From Chiloscyllium plagiosum (lineage: Eukaryota), in contig NC_057719.1 of NCBI RefSeq assembly GCF_004010195.1, positions 79,035,678 through 79,099,677 of the forward strand: DNA of 64,000 bases. Direction: 5' to 3'. The position numbers were made by a program, and so were the translations under genes. Of the stretch, positions 13,953 to 27,244 are shown in pieces. The notes beneath the pieces were generated by a model. It was not told the origin of the DNA. It did not search any database and saw only the letters and a list, made by a program, of their open reading frames with translations. Position 1 is the stretch's first letter, and every line of letters begins with the position of its first letter.

Positions 13953-14689
13953 CTGTGAGGAAATAAAGATATCAAAATCATCAATTTAAAGCAAGGAACA
14001 ACAAAGAGACATTAAAAAAAATCAGACTGGCTTTTTTGATCTTTTTAGCAGCATACCCTGAGTGGCACAAGATGCTGGAAACCATCATATAAAGTGATGT
14101 CCCATGCCCAACTGACCTCAGCTGCTTCATCAAAGCCCGTCCCTCATCATAAGGTCTGAAGCAGGAATGTGGAGTGATGTTTGCAAAACATTCAGTATTC
14201 TTCATTACTCCTCAGATACTGAAGCAGCTGGTGTCGAAATGCAGTAAAAGCTGAACAAACTTTCAGGTTTGGGCTGATAAGCAGCAAGCAACATTCACAA
14301 CACACTAGTGCCAGGCAATGACTGCCTCCAATACTATAGGATCTATACTTAACATTAAATGGTGTTTCTATCACTGATAGCCCATTATCAACATCCTGGA
14401 GGTTGGGGGTGTGGGGCTGGAGAAGTCGAGGTATACCATTGACCAAAAGCAGAATTGGACCAACCATACAAATACAAAATGTCTACAGGATGAGAGTGCA
14501 GTTCCAACACTCAACAAGCTGATACAACCAGGACAAGGCAACTGTTTGATTTGCACATGTGCCATCTTCAACATTCACCCTCTCCATCACTGATGCACAG
14601 TGTGCACCATCTACAAAATGCACTGCAGTCTTTAACAGCAACTTACTGGCTCAAGGCTTCCACCACCTAGAAGGACAAAGACAGCAGAT

Positions 14690-15005
14690 GGGGCAGCACA
14701 TTGGCTCAGTGGTTAGCACTACTGTCTCACAGTACCAGGGATCCAGGTTCGATTCCACCCTCGGGCGACTGTGTGGAGTTTGCGCATTCTCCCAGTGTCT
14801 GCGTGGGTTTCCTCCAGTTTCCTTCCGCAGTCTAGGATGTGTGGTTTAGGTGAATTGGCCATGGTGAAGTGTTTAGGGATGTGTAGATTAGGTGCTTTAG
14901 TCAGGAGAAATGGAGAGTAGTAGGGGAGTGGGTCACTCTTCAGAAGGTCGGTGTGGTCGTGTTGGGCCAATTGGCCTGTTTCCACACTGTAGGGATTCTA
15001 TGATT
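14690..15005 (+). mobile_element. HE1-type SINE
   Basis: ggctcagtggttagcact...ggttcgattcc boxes and the tail ccacactgtagggattcta. Confidence 0.88.
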
Positions 15006-17339
15006 GAGGTGCATGGTAACACCACATTAAAACCACACGCTATCCTGACTTGGAACCCTACTATTCACATTCACTGTCACTGGGCCTAAATCCTGCAATC
15101 CCCAACCCATCAGCACTGTGGGTGAACCTATCTTGCGTGAACTGTATTCAATGCCATTTTGAAAAGGACACAGAAGATATGATCATATTTCAAGGAGGCA
15201 GCTCACTATCACCTTCTCCAGGGTAATTAGGATGTGCAACAAACACTGGACTAGACAGTGACACCCACAGACTGTAAAGAATAATATCTTTTTTTTCTAA
15301 ACAAAGGCCAATCCCCCTTGTGGGGACTCCAATGGGCTTGAATAGAGTTAAAGAAAGCATGGGATAAGTCAGGATAAGGTGAAGTGTAACCCGCCCTTTA
15401 TTTCATGTCTTAACCAAAGGTTGTTTATGAGGCAAATTAAGTGCATCTGCTCCTAAGTGCAGTTCATCTCATTGTGAAATAAAGTAGCTCATTGATTTCT
15501 CTCTGGCCTCATCTCATTAATGACTCTCTCGGTCTCCGATCGGAAATTAAAGAGACGTACATGTCAAGGACCTAAAACCTGGTCAGCATCAGAAAGGTGC
15601 ACCATTGTTATTATCCCCCTACCCGACCTATAATCCCACGGTGTCACTATAGCGCAGAGTCAAACAGCACAGAAACAGACCCTTCAGTTTAACTCATCTA
15701 TACCAATCAACTAAACTGGTCCCACTTGCCTGGGCTTGGCCCATTTCCCTCTGAACCTTGCCTCTACACTTACCTGTCCAAATATCTTGTAAATCTAAGT
15801 GTCCCTCTATCTACAATTTCCTCTCAGAATACACAGCTGTTTGATTTCACTTTCAATAAAAGGTAATAGATCACCTTGCATTTCCCTCACCCCCAACCGC
15901 CTGCAACAGATGATACCACTAGACCCATGAAGGGATCCCTGGCAAATCTAAATGTGGAACTGGACCTGGTGCCAAGACACTGCGCTGTAGTTTCACCATG
16001 ATAGTAGCCTCCTAATTAGAGGTGGAGAGAGGTGGGAGGAAGTGATTGTTCAGAATTTCAAAAGGATGTTCCTTTTATTGGCACGGAGCCAACTTTCCTG
16101 ACCATTGGAGGGCAGTGGGCAGGGCCTTGAAGCTAAAAAAGAACAGACTGAGCCTTCCCAGCATCACTTGCAGTGCAAAGTAAATAACTGAGGAGGGGGG
16201 CCATTTCACCCAGAGAGGTGCCATCACCTCTTGAAAAACAAAAATAAAATCACAGAAAAAGCAGCCAGTCCACTACCATAGGGAGCAGGATCACTGAATG
16301 GTCTTTGGCTGCAATTTCCACCCAGCAAGCAAGAAAGCCTCCTATTGCAAGGGGAAACTGGGAGATGACTGTGAAAACTGAAAATGCCCATGGACCTCAA
16401 ATCTGTTGGGTTCCACAATGCGACCCCTCCCCCCACACAAAATTTCCAATGCCAAGAATGGCATCTCGAAACTGATGCGCAGAAAAGCCCCATTACTTTT
16501 CCTCAGATCCACCCACTCTCCTGAAAAGGCAGTCCTATATCTATTAATGGGGTGATAGAGTGGTTTCATTAATGCAGTGCATTGTGGTTCCTCCAGCCAC
16601 CATTGAGCAGCGAGAGCCTAACCAACAAAGTTGAGAGTTTTATGGGACCACCATGAGGACGTACGTTTTAATAAAATCATAGCCAGGAGATTCTATCAAG
16701 GGACCGTCTCTCTTTAACGGGATCTTACAAACATAGAAAATAGGGGCGCCTTCAGAAGAACTGGGAAAAATGCACTCTCTTTAATCAGCTCCAGGGATCT
16801 GAGGTTTCTAGACTCCCCTTTTTTTGGGCTAGAAACACAGAAAACAGGAGCAGGAGTAGACCATTTGGCCCTTAGAACTTGTTCTTTCATTCAACATGCT
16901 CATCAGCCAACTCAGTACCCTGTTCCTGCTTTCTCCCCACACGCTAAAATCTCCTTAGCCCTTGGATCTATATCGAACACCATCTTGAAAACATTCAACG
17001 TTTTGGCCTCACTCACTATCCATGGCAGAAAATTCCTCACCACTCTCTCTGGGTGAAAAAAATTCTCCCAGTCTCAGTCTTAAATGGCCTATTCCATAAT
17101 CCTAGACTGTAACCACTCCCCACCCACCCCCAACCCTCTGGGGGCAGTTCCGGACTCCCTAGTCATCGGGGACATCCTGTGTTTTGTTCTGTCTGGTCCT
17201 GTCAGAATTTTAATCAGCTTCAGTGAGGTTCTCACTCATTCTTCCAAATCTTGGTGAAGACCTATTCTCAGCAAAATGATTGAAGCAATTGAGATGATTT
17301 GAAATCAGAATAATAGCAATGAGAACAGAAAGCGGTTAC

Positions 17340-17420
17340 CTGGAGTTTTGAACGCTGGTCTTCATCTGAGATTTCTAACAGTTCATCGATGTCAATCTCC
17401 AGATCTGGGATTTCTTCCTC
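17340..17420 (-). CDS. PPP1R14: PPP1R14-family exon 2 (EEEIPDLEIDIDELLEISDEDQRSKLQ); paralogue (B/C/D) unresolved
   Basis: 81-nt exon, acceptor ttctgaag, donor CAG|gtaacc, phase 0-0. The pattern EEE.P..EIDID.LL...DE...SKLQ is the PP1-inhibitor domain. Confidence 0.92.
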
Positions 17421-18159
17421 CTTCAGAAATAATATATTTATGGAAAACATTACCGCAGATCTGGGAACACACAACTGGACTCAATTGAAGCAGTGACTTC
17501 CATACTGGATTCCATACAGCAAGGCTTTCTAAAGTGGGGTGGGAGCTGAAATTTGGAGGTTGCACGCTCTGAGGCAGCTTTGGAGCTCTGACCAAGTCCT
17601 AACAGATTAACAGTAGCCTTCCCACTCCAACACTCAGGGGACATGATAATTTGAGCCTCAGAATCTGGGAAGATGTTTTTGGAAGTACCACCATAAAGGA
17701 TTGTGATGTTCAGCACCCGTATCCAAGGGATTGGGATTGTACTCTGTTGGATCAAAGGTAGCCAATACAATTCTGGGGTCTGCAATACCTTAACCATTGC
17801 GCAGCCATCACTCAGCGTGGACTGTTCCACTCCACCAACCGGATTGGTTTCAGTGCTGCTTAGAAATACAATTGGTCCACTACCCACCCTCACCCCTGGC
17901 TTAACACCAGGTCAGCTCTGTGCACCAAGTATTAAAGAGAAACTCATTAAGGCACCCATGTACCCACAAGGGAAAGCTTTCTCTGCTGGGAGAGCTCAAA
18001 ACTTTGCTTGCAAAAGCAGTCTCTGTGCTATATTCTGTAGCAATCTTCACTTTCCCTACCATATACAGGTACCTATGCACAAACACTCATTTCCATCAAA
18101 TTCTTTAACCTCAGCTCAGGCTCTGGCCCAGTTTCCAGGTCATAAACAATACATGATGT

Positions 18160-19395
18160 GGAGGCGCCGGTATTGGACAAAGTTAAAAACCACACAACAC
18201 CAGGCTTCACTCCAGAAGGTTTATTTGAAAGTGCAAGCTTTCAGAGCGCAGCCTCTTCATCAAGTAGCTAGAGGGGCAGGACCATTAAAGTCCATGGGAT
18301 GAATTTGCATTTGCAGATACATTCTATTTTGTTCAAAAACCACATGACCTATAGGCAGTCCATGTGATATTTTATGAATTACTACTGTGGAAATAGAACT
18401 GGTCTGACTCAAGGTTGGGAGACCTCAGTTTTAATGCATTGTCTGAGCGAAGAGGTCACTTTTTTTTATATATAAAACCTTAAGTTATCTCGGGACTCCG
18501 ACTTGAAAGAGTTCTGGGATTTAGAGGAATCTTAATTATCCGAACAAGATGGGTGGACAGTATTTCGTTGGGGTATATGATGATTTGGATAATCAACTTG
18601 ACCTTAAACAAGGGAGGCCATACTGCTCTAACGCTGTGCTCTAACAGAGAGTTTCTTTAAAACCTATAATTTTGATGAGTCACTTATTTAAACAAACTAA
18701 TCTTTGCATTTTGCAAATTGCAGGTTAAACTGAGAAGGACTAAACCCTACCATCATGTAAATAAATGAAATCCCAGCATTGAGCAGGCTCCCAAACAGCT
18801 TCTATAATCACACAAGCATTTGTCAGTTTCTGCTGAACTCACTGTCACGATAGAAAGACCAAAGCACCACCTCGGGCACATGTTTACTTTCTCCGCCATC
18901 TTTTTCATGAACAGCCTGGTAACGTGGCGGGAGTAAAGCACTTACATTCGCAAAGGGCTGTGTAACCAACCCTTACGTTAAAAAAAAAATCCAGTCGCTG
19001 CTGCTTGAGCTGCTTGGGTTTCTTTGTTTTTGCCAGCGTTTTCACATATTCTTCAAGTACAGGTAATCCAAATACACCTACCTCTTTGATGTAACATATT
19101 TGTGGGAGCTTGAGATCTTCTTCGGATAATCCGAAATTCAGATAATTGATATTCGGATAATCAAGGCTCCTCTGTACATATCAGTCAATCAAAACCTGCA
19201 TCCCCATTCTAAGCGATTAAAGACATAACAGCAATATAGGTTTGTCCAATACATCGCATCAGTTGTATGACACTGATTTTTTTTTACTGTAAATTCTGTG
19301 CCCTATGATCCTTCCCCACTAGCCACCTGACAAAGGAACAGCGCTCTGAAAGCTTGTACTTCCAAATAAATCTGTTGGACTATAACCTGGTGTTT
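18160..19395. mobile_element. Penelope-type non-autonomous element with inverted terminal repeats, interrupted by a MITE
   Basis: The left end (acaccagg...ttatttgaaagtgcaagctttcagagcg...ttcatcaag) is the reverse complement of the right end (ctgacaaaggaacagcgctctgaaagcttgtacttccaaataaa...cctggtgt). Confidence 0.65.
18521..19176. mobile_element. Tc1/pogo (Tigger-like) MITE
   Basis: Terminal inverted repeats agaggaatcttaattatccgaa and ttcggataatcaaggctcctctg, with TA at the right end. Same family as 49967-50418. Confidence 0.7.
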
Positions 19396-19734
19396 TTAAA
19401 TATACAAAACACAGACAGACAACCAACAACTCACAATAGCAAAGAGTTTCTTTCTGTATTCCCTTGACTCCAATACCTAGTCTCTATAAACATGTGTCAA
19501 ACTACCCAGTCGGTCACCCAGACAGTAAATGGAAGTTAGGATGTGCATCCTGAGCTCTCAGCTAAAAAACCTGAGATCATCTCTTAACTCGGCCTTTATA
19601 TAGCCTGCTTCTGAATTATTTGCTTAAACCACTTCTCCCTGCCAGACTATAATGTTTTAAAGTAGTGCTTGGAGTTTGGACATGGAAGTGTCTGCCTGGA
19701 TCTCATGCTAAAGTGCAAATTAAATCCATGATAT

Positions 19735-20375
19735 TGTGACCATGTTGCCACATTAAAGACTGTCCAGGTTTATTATTTTTGAAGAGAAGAAGTTGTAAGA
19801 CAGAGATATGCTGAGCTGTCGCCAAGAAAGTAAATAATTTGTGACGCCTTGGAGTTCTTTTTTAAAGTTGGAACAGTGGAAGCAGCCTGGGTGCAGCCAG
19901 CTCTCTCACACCAGGCTTTCCCATTTCTTTTTCAGTTTTTAGCTTTAATTTTAAGCAAAAGCTCTTGGGCTCTCAGAAGAGTTGGAAGCTTAAACTACCT
20001 CCTGCCTGCTACAGTCTCCGAATTTTCTCTTGATGTTTTTTTCCTCCTGGATTGGACAACATCATGTGTCTGAATTTGCCTTTTTGCCAAGGGGTGTGTT
20101 TATGGGACATTATTATATTGGAACAGTTAACTCATGATTGGTACTGTATCTATTATTTAGTTAAGTTTTCCAATAGAGTTAAGTTATTCTAAGTTCCACT
20201 TTCCTTTGCTTGTATTTTAACTATAGTGTTTAAATAAATTGTTTTGTCTAATGTTGGGTAGTTTGACCAGTCACATTGCATCATGTACTTCACATCTACC
20301 TTTAAAATGAGAAAACATTTGGGTTTACGCTACCTTCTTAAAATATTTTGAGGTGGTCTGGTCTAGTCCATTACA
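19735..20375 (+). mobile_element. Probable solo LTR
   Basis: TG...CA termini, internal AATAAA near 20233, and near-identical 4-bp flanks (atat/gtat). Confidence 0.5.
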
Positions 20376-20724
20376 GTATTCCAGCAGGGGTAAGAGTTAT
20401 ATCCACTGAGCTATAGTTAGATCCTGGAAAATGTGGACTATTGTCTGTGTCTCTGAAGGCAGACATGGATGAAAAAGTTTGTCATGGCTTCCAATATTCT
20501 AGTTCAGCCTTAGGCCAACTGAGGTTAAGAGTATGAGGTAAAAAGAGTATTTGAGAACAAATATCTTAAACCTGAGACAAAGATCACAGTTCACCAAGCA
20601 GGAGATATTATAAAGACTCAGACAATCTACTGTAGGCCTCACGAAACACTGGAGAAGTTCCATTTTTGTAGAATCCCCCAAGCCCTGTGGCAAGAAAATA
20701 CCTTCTCTCAAGTCAACATCAAGA

Positions 20725-21160
20725 TGCTAAAACAAATACACGGAGTGGGGTCTATCACTGGAATACCTGACAACAGACTCCCAAAACAAGTACTTTACTT
20801 GGAACTCAGTCATGTCGGAAGGCTGTCCAGAAAACAGCAGAAAATCTATGCACAAGAGGTTCTTAAAGCACCCCTGAAGAGTTTAAGTATACACAATGAC
20901 TCATGGAGATCAACTGGAATGGGAAGCATTGCTGATAAAGGAACCGAACACATTGAGACACTTAGTTGGGAATCAGCAGAAGTGAAGTCGGGTCATTAGA
21001 GGGATTGCACAAACCTCCAAACCATATGTCTACCCAACCCTTCAAGAACAGTCTGCAGAGTCTGAAGATCACAGAGTGTACTTCTCAGCCATTTGGGAAG
21101 CTATCAAACTGCATGGGAAGCAAGTTATCCTCAATCCTGAGGGACTGCCTAAGAAGACAG
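20725..21160 (+). mobile_element. RTE-clade LINE 3' fragment
   Basis: PDNRLPKQVLYLELS..GR...KQQK.Y..VLKA.LK is typical of the RTE/BovB C-terminus. Confidence 0.75.
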
Positions 21161-22129
21161 ACGTTAGCTAACACTGCCGATGGAGATTCAGAAACAAGAA
21201 TTTGTTTGCCAAGCTTTCAGAATGGGCCTGAAGTCAGCAGTAACTGAAGTTTCATCTCCAGGACACTGCTGTGAGCAATCCTGGAGAGAGCGATACATAA
21301 AACATGATCTCCTTTTCTGAATACTTCCTAACATACACAGGTACATATGCATCAACACCAATTTCCATCAATTCTTTAGCCTCAGTTCAGGTACCGGGTT
21401 AACATCCAGGCCATAAACAATACAGACTGACAATCAATCGTGCATTGTTATTTAGAGAAATAGTAACAATTAAACTATTTTACCAAGTGTCAATCAGGAA
21501 GATGCAGTAATCAGAAATGTGTCCATTTCTAATCGGCCACCAGAAGCTGGGGAAACAATAGGGACAGACATGTCAATGGCATGGCTTAGAAATGGGAAAG
21601 CAAGTAATGGAACCTACAGGACTACCGCCAACCAGAACTGACTTTCCTACACACGGGCACACACAAAAAACAACAATAAAATAGGTCACCTTCCGGCTAT
21701 ATCGCTTGAGTAAACCACAACCTGCTTTTAACTTAATCATTAACATGGCTCCAGTCGTATAATCAATGAACCAGTCCATCTGCAATAATTAATGCGGTCA
21801 AAGGAGTGGAAGCAAGACGTACCAAACAAGCAAGGACTGAACTTCACAGAGCTAATTATCGGAAGATTATAGACATCCTTATATATTAAAAGGCTCGTTA
21901 GACAGACAGTAATGAAAATCCCTAGTGTAGGCCTCACAGCAGTGAGGAGGTAAACAGTCATTACTCTCAAGACACATGGGAAAATATTGTACTCAGTGTG
22001 CTGAGTACCAGTAAAATCCACCCCTTTAGTAATGTCATATTTTATAATTTACAAAAGAAATAAACATTCACAGCCTAAAATATAACAGATACAGGTTTGA
22101 GAATTGTCAGTTATTTGCAGTGTACAGAG

Positions 22130-22428
22130 ATTAGATTAGATTCCCTACAGTGTGGGAACTGGCCCTCCAGCCCAACAAGTCCACACCGACCCTCCGAAGA
22201 GTAACCCACCCAGACCCATTTCCATTGGACTAATGCACCTAACACTATGGGCAATTCAGCGTGGCCTATTCATCTGACGTGCACATCTTTGGACTGTGGG
22301 AGGAAATCCACGCAGACACGGGGAGAATGTGCAAACTCCACACAGACAGACATCCAAGGCTGGAATTGAACCTGGGACCCTGGTGCTGGGAGGCAGCAGT
22401 GTTAACCACTGAGCCACCATGCTGCCCC
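22130..22428 (-). mobile_element. HE1-type SINE
   Basis: Reverse complement of gggcagcatggtggctcagtggttaacactgctgcc...ggttcaattcc, with tail actgtagggaatctaatcta. Confidence 0.9.
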
Positions 22429-22768
22429 AAATCAAAATGACAGAACGAGCAGTCCCCCATGTAAAACTAGACAGTCTGATGCCGTCACCGTGGTGAATCC
22501 ATTCATGGTTACCACTCCCAAGGTTGATCCTAGGGAGAGTGTGTTTGTAACCCTGGGTTAACTGTAGCGAATCTTCCTTTAATTCAGAACAAAGAGATAA
22601 ACGGAGTCAGGCTGCTCAATAAAACTGATAAATGACACATTTATCAGTGGTCTGCCTCAGTTTTTTTTAATTCAAAACTAAGCTCCAATACGACCAATAA
22701 GTTCTTATTTAAGACTCGCTGGCACTTTACAGACTGCCACCTATCTGTAGATTTCCAATGACGGGGTT

Positions 22769-25700
22769 GAAATAACTCCACCGAGTCCAGTATCCCATTA
22801 CCAAGTCATCCTTTATTCACACGTGGAGAATCTTTGACACTGAACCAGCTCCCTCAGAGCCAGCTTTCAGATGAACAGGATGCCTAACACTCCTGGTTTT
22901 TTTTCCTCTTTCCCCCACCCCTCAGCACCCATGTCGTGTGTGTGTGCAGGTTTAGGACACAGTGAAGAACAACAAGTGCAAAAATCTTTATTTATATTCC
23001 ACCACCAGGAAGAAAGGAAACACTAGAGTGGCCAGTGACAAGCAGTGCCCTTCTCAAAGGGCAATGCTGTGTGATCACAAAAGTGAAGGAAGGGGCAGGG
23101 TGACACTCCTGTTCTTACCTGTCAGCCAGGGCTCCTAACTGGACTGGATTAACCGCCTCAATCAGGGAACTCCTATTCTATAAGGTCCACTTGGGACTTG
23201 TTAATAAAACTTTGTTTTCCTGAATTTGTCTAGAGCGATTATTGAGAAGCGATTTTCGTTTCTAACAGACTGGATTAACCGCCTCAATCAGGGAACTCCT
23301 ATTCTATAAGGTCCACTTGGCTGACCTCATTACAATCACTACATCTCTCTCCATCTGAGCCAAAGGACAGAGGCTGGTTTTGTAGCTCCGCCTGGGATAT
23401 TTTAACACTGGGTCAGGTCCCACTAACTCTGCCTCTGTTATAGGCAGCATGGAACACACACTAGCTCTTGTGCCCAAAGCATCTCAATAGAAGTTCATTC
23501 TCTTCTTCAGGCAGCAAAGGTGCCATTGCTATCCACCATGTCCATCTCAGAGTCTGAAGTATCTTCGATGTTTGACAGACGGAGGGAGAACCTATGTTTC
23601 TGGAGCAGTCAGAAAGGGAATTAAGGGGCTGGACACACTCCGCTCCAACAACATTGGGGAGTTTGCGCCTTTCATATGGTCCACGTGCTCGTTCAGGACC
23701 ATCGGACCTACCTGAACTGTATACATCACTAGACCTGACCGCACATCGACCACGCCCCTTACCCATACAGGTCTATTCCAGTGGTTCCTACACCAAACCT
23801 AGTTTACTTCAGGGAACAGATCTCTTTTGCTTAGTGGAGTCTTGGCGCTTTTAGTGCCTTAGCGTACAGCATTGGAATTCCTGATGCTGTTTCACACCCC
23901 CCACCTCCTAAGGTCAGGGTAGATCAGAGTCATCTCCCCATTACAAACTCTGCTAGAGCTCTCTCTCTGTAGTCGCATGAGGGGTGGTCTGTAACTAAAT
24001 AGGAACCAGGAAAGCTTGTGAAGCTGTAGGCTATTTCTTTAAGCCTGTCTTCAAAGTTTGGACTGCTCTTTCTACCAGATCATTGGATGATGGATGGTTA
24101 TGGAGCTGTCCTTATATATTGAATACCATTTGACTTTAGGAAATACTCAAAATTCCCAGCTGGTAAATGATACATATATAAATGTGCATCTTTGGCAATG
24201 CACGGTTTTTCGATCATTCCTGTGTTTGACAAGTTAATTCTATGCATGTCCAGCCACTGTGAGTAGGCATCCACAGTGACTAACAACATGGATTCCGTGA
24301 AAGGACCTACACAGTTGACATGTAATAGAGTCCAGGCTTTACCTGGCCATTCCCAAGTGAGCTGCTGGCAGTAATGTTTGTTCTTAATGGCATTCTGGGC
24401 ACTGCACCACCGATATGGCTATGTCCCGAGCCACCAGACATAACATCTTGCCAACAATCCCTTAGATGACCCTGGTAAAGTTCAGCCAATATCTGGTGGC
24501 GACCTTTACTCGGGACAACCACTCTTGTTCCCCATGATAACATGCCGTCCTCGACTGTGATCTGGCCTCTCCGGGTCCCAAAAGCTTTCACTTCTGGTTA
24601 CGACTGCCCTTTGGTTTCCCCCATCACCAGGACTGGATCTTTTTGAGTCCGACGTCTGATCTTGTCAGATGTGACAGGAAGTTACATCACTGATAAGTGA
24701 ACTAACTTCTCATAAGCAACTGGAACCAAAGTTGTATATCCTTATTCTGTAAAGATTCGCCAGTATTGGTTCCTGTCATTCCTGATGAAGGGCTTATGCC
24801 AGAAACATTGATTCTCCTGCTCCTCGGATGCTGCTAGACCGGCTGTGCTTTTCCAGTGTCACACGTTTTGACTCTGATCTCCAGCATCTGCAGTCCTCAT
24901 TTTCTCCGAGGTTCTCAATCTAGTCACGGTCTTGCACAAACTAACAAGCTGGAGTCCAGAGCGAATTTTGGTAAAGACTGGCTCTGCAAAACTTGAAACA
25001 GACATGCCAGTATCAACCTCCATTAGAACTGGATGACCGTTTAATCAAGTGTTTATTTTGATTGGCTCTGATTTGTACGTTGTTAAGAAATGTAACTGTT
25101 CCCAAAAAGATGACGGTGGGCTTTCCAGGGTGTGCACGGTCCTGGATATTGACCTTTGCGTTCTCTTACTCCACTTAAGTCTAGTGGGACTCTTTTGCTG
25201 TCTCGAGTCCATGCAGCGGCAGCAACTACAATGGCTTGCCGGCCCAGATCCTGAAGAAAACTGTTTAGCTGAGGCTTGGGCTTTGTTTTGAGGTTTGGCT
25301 GTGAGCTGACCTGCAGTCCCTCAGTTTAGGATATGTCCTGTGTGAGGCTACACAATTGCCTTCATTCACATGTTGTGCCCCAAGCTAATGGGCTGGCGAG
25401 GGTACCCACTTCCACTGGAATACCCAGCAACTCATAAGCTCCACTTACTGCATTTTCCAGTGATAAAGCCAGTGGTTGCGCCTGTTTGAAATCCTGTTGG
25501 GCTTCAGCTAGTAGGTGCTTTTGCATGGTTACATCATTAATCCCAAACACCAAATGGTCTTTTAGATCCCACTCTTATCACTACTAAAATAACTCCATAG
25601 AGGTCGCTATCCTGCCATGAAGTCACCCTTTATTTATACGCGGAGAGTCCTTGACACTGATCCAGCTCTCAGAGAAACCAGGATGCCTAACATTTCTTTT

Positions 25701-26102
25701 TGTTGTCATAGACTGTGGAGCTGGCCTTTTTAAGACAGAAGATTGGTGTTGGTGACTGAGGGCGAAATAAATTCCCAGAGGCTGGTAATCCTGTCATCGA
25801 GTCACCCTTTATTTACACCAGGAGAGTCCTTGACACTGATCCAGCTCCCTCAGAGTGAACAGAACGTCTGACACACTCATTCTTTTTTTTGACTGGGATG
25901 TTGCTAAGCATTTTAATTGTTTCAAGCCAAATGTAGGTAGATTTTCCAGTATGTGCACTCTCCTGGATACCGACCTATGAATTATTTTAGACACCCCGTT
26001 CTTATCTATTAGCCAGGGCTCCCGAATTGGGCTGTTAATCTGGTCTAATCAGAAAACACATTCTTTGAAGTCCATTTGGCTGACCTCATTACATTCACTG
26101 TA
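22769..26102 (-). mobile_element. Degenerate Gypsy LTR retrotransposon with both LTRs
   Basis: LTR sequences at about 22769-23343 and 25587-26102. Internal remnants include gag (FGINDVTMQKHLLAEA), the integrase zinc-finger region (WGTRVVVPSKGRHQILAELYQGH) and the core (LLVTVDAYSQWLD...FLKSNGIQYIRTAP). Confidence 0.85.
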
Positions 26103-26119
26103 GGGGTGAGACGTTTTAA

Positions 26120-26330
26120 ACACAGAATAACAGATATCCAGGAATGAGTTACAGATTGGTATCTAATTGAGGGGTTCAGTTGGTTTATATATAGAAAAAT
26201 GATTATCCGGGATTGAGTTACACACTGGGGATTAATAGAGGGGTTCAGATACTTTACGTATAGAATAATGGATACCTAGAAATGAGTTACAGATTAGAAT
26301 CAAGTAGATGCGTTCAGGTGTTTATAGATA
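26120..26330. repeat. About 3 diverged copies of a ~65-70-bp satellite-like unit
   Basis: Recurrent agaataacagatatcc...gagttacagattgg..tctaat.gaggggttcag. Confidence 0.7.
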
Positions 26331-27244
26331 AGTCACTGATACAATGTTGAAAATGCGACAATTTATTTTGCAAAGCCTCTGTTTCAGGGTTATACACTGA
26401 AGGTGAAATATTACTTAGCATACTGGAGAGAAGTCCTGTATTCACCTTCAGATTAGTTCCACATCTAATCAAGTTTCAGACAAAGCATTGATTTAGTATC
26501 TCGCCTGAAAGATGACACCCTTGACTAGGCCGTACTAGTGACGTTGGTTTAGATTATGGCCTTAACTCTCTGCGCAGTGCCTTGGGTGGACAGCGTTCTC
26601 ACGCGGAGGCGGGGGTGCTGCAGGCTGATACTCTATAGCAAAATATTGAAAAATAGCATTTGACAGTTTTGATTAGCACCCAGTGTTTATACCCAATCAT
26701 GCTGTTCAAGTTCAAAGGGTTAAATTGTTGAACAAAAGCTTCCTTCTGCAGTTTTCTGATGCTGGTGTTTCCTTCACATTGTTAATGAAAGGACTCTGTG
26801 TAAATGGGTATTGAATAGAGGTATTTTTTCTTTGAACGAACACAGTGACCTTCAGTTCTCCCTGTCAGTTTGCAAAGCGTGATGCCAGCAGTGGCTGACA
26901 CGACCTGGAACATTCTGGGGTCTTGACAACATCTAGCAGAACACAAACAATGGAAGCTTCATATTCTTCTCATGCTCAGGGTGGGGCAAGGCCAGATCTT
27001 CTCCCACGTCCACGGATGGCCTGAGGTGGTTGCTCATGGGGAGCCTTTCTGCTGCCACGTCCCCATCACCTTCCAGCTCGTTTCGAATGCCAGTTAAGCG
27101 TCAACCATTGCTATGGAAGTAGCAGTTAATGAATGAGGGAGGTTCTCAGAACAGATATCGCCGTTACAGTGTTCAGTAATTCTGAACTTGCTGTTGTGGG
27201 ATTTGAGTTCATGAGCTTCTGCGTTATTGTTAGTGCAGGTTAAA

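Noticed and set aside
17703..18302. 199-aa plus-strand ORF
   Set aside because: No recognisable domain, antisense within a PPP1R14 intron, and it runs into a repeat.
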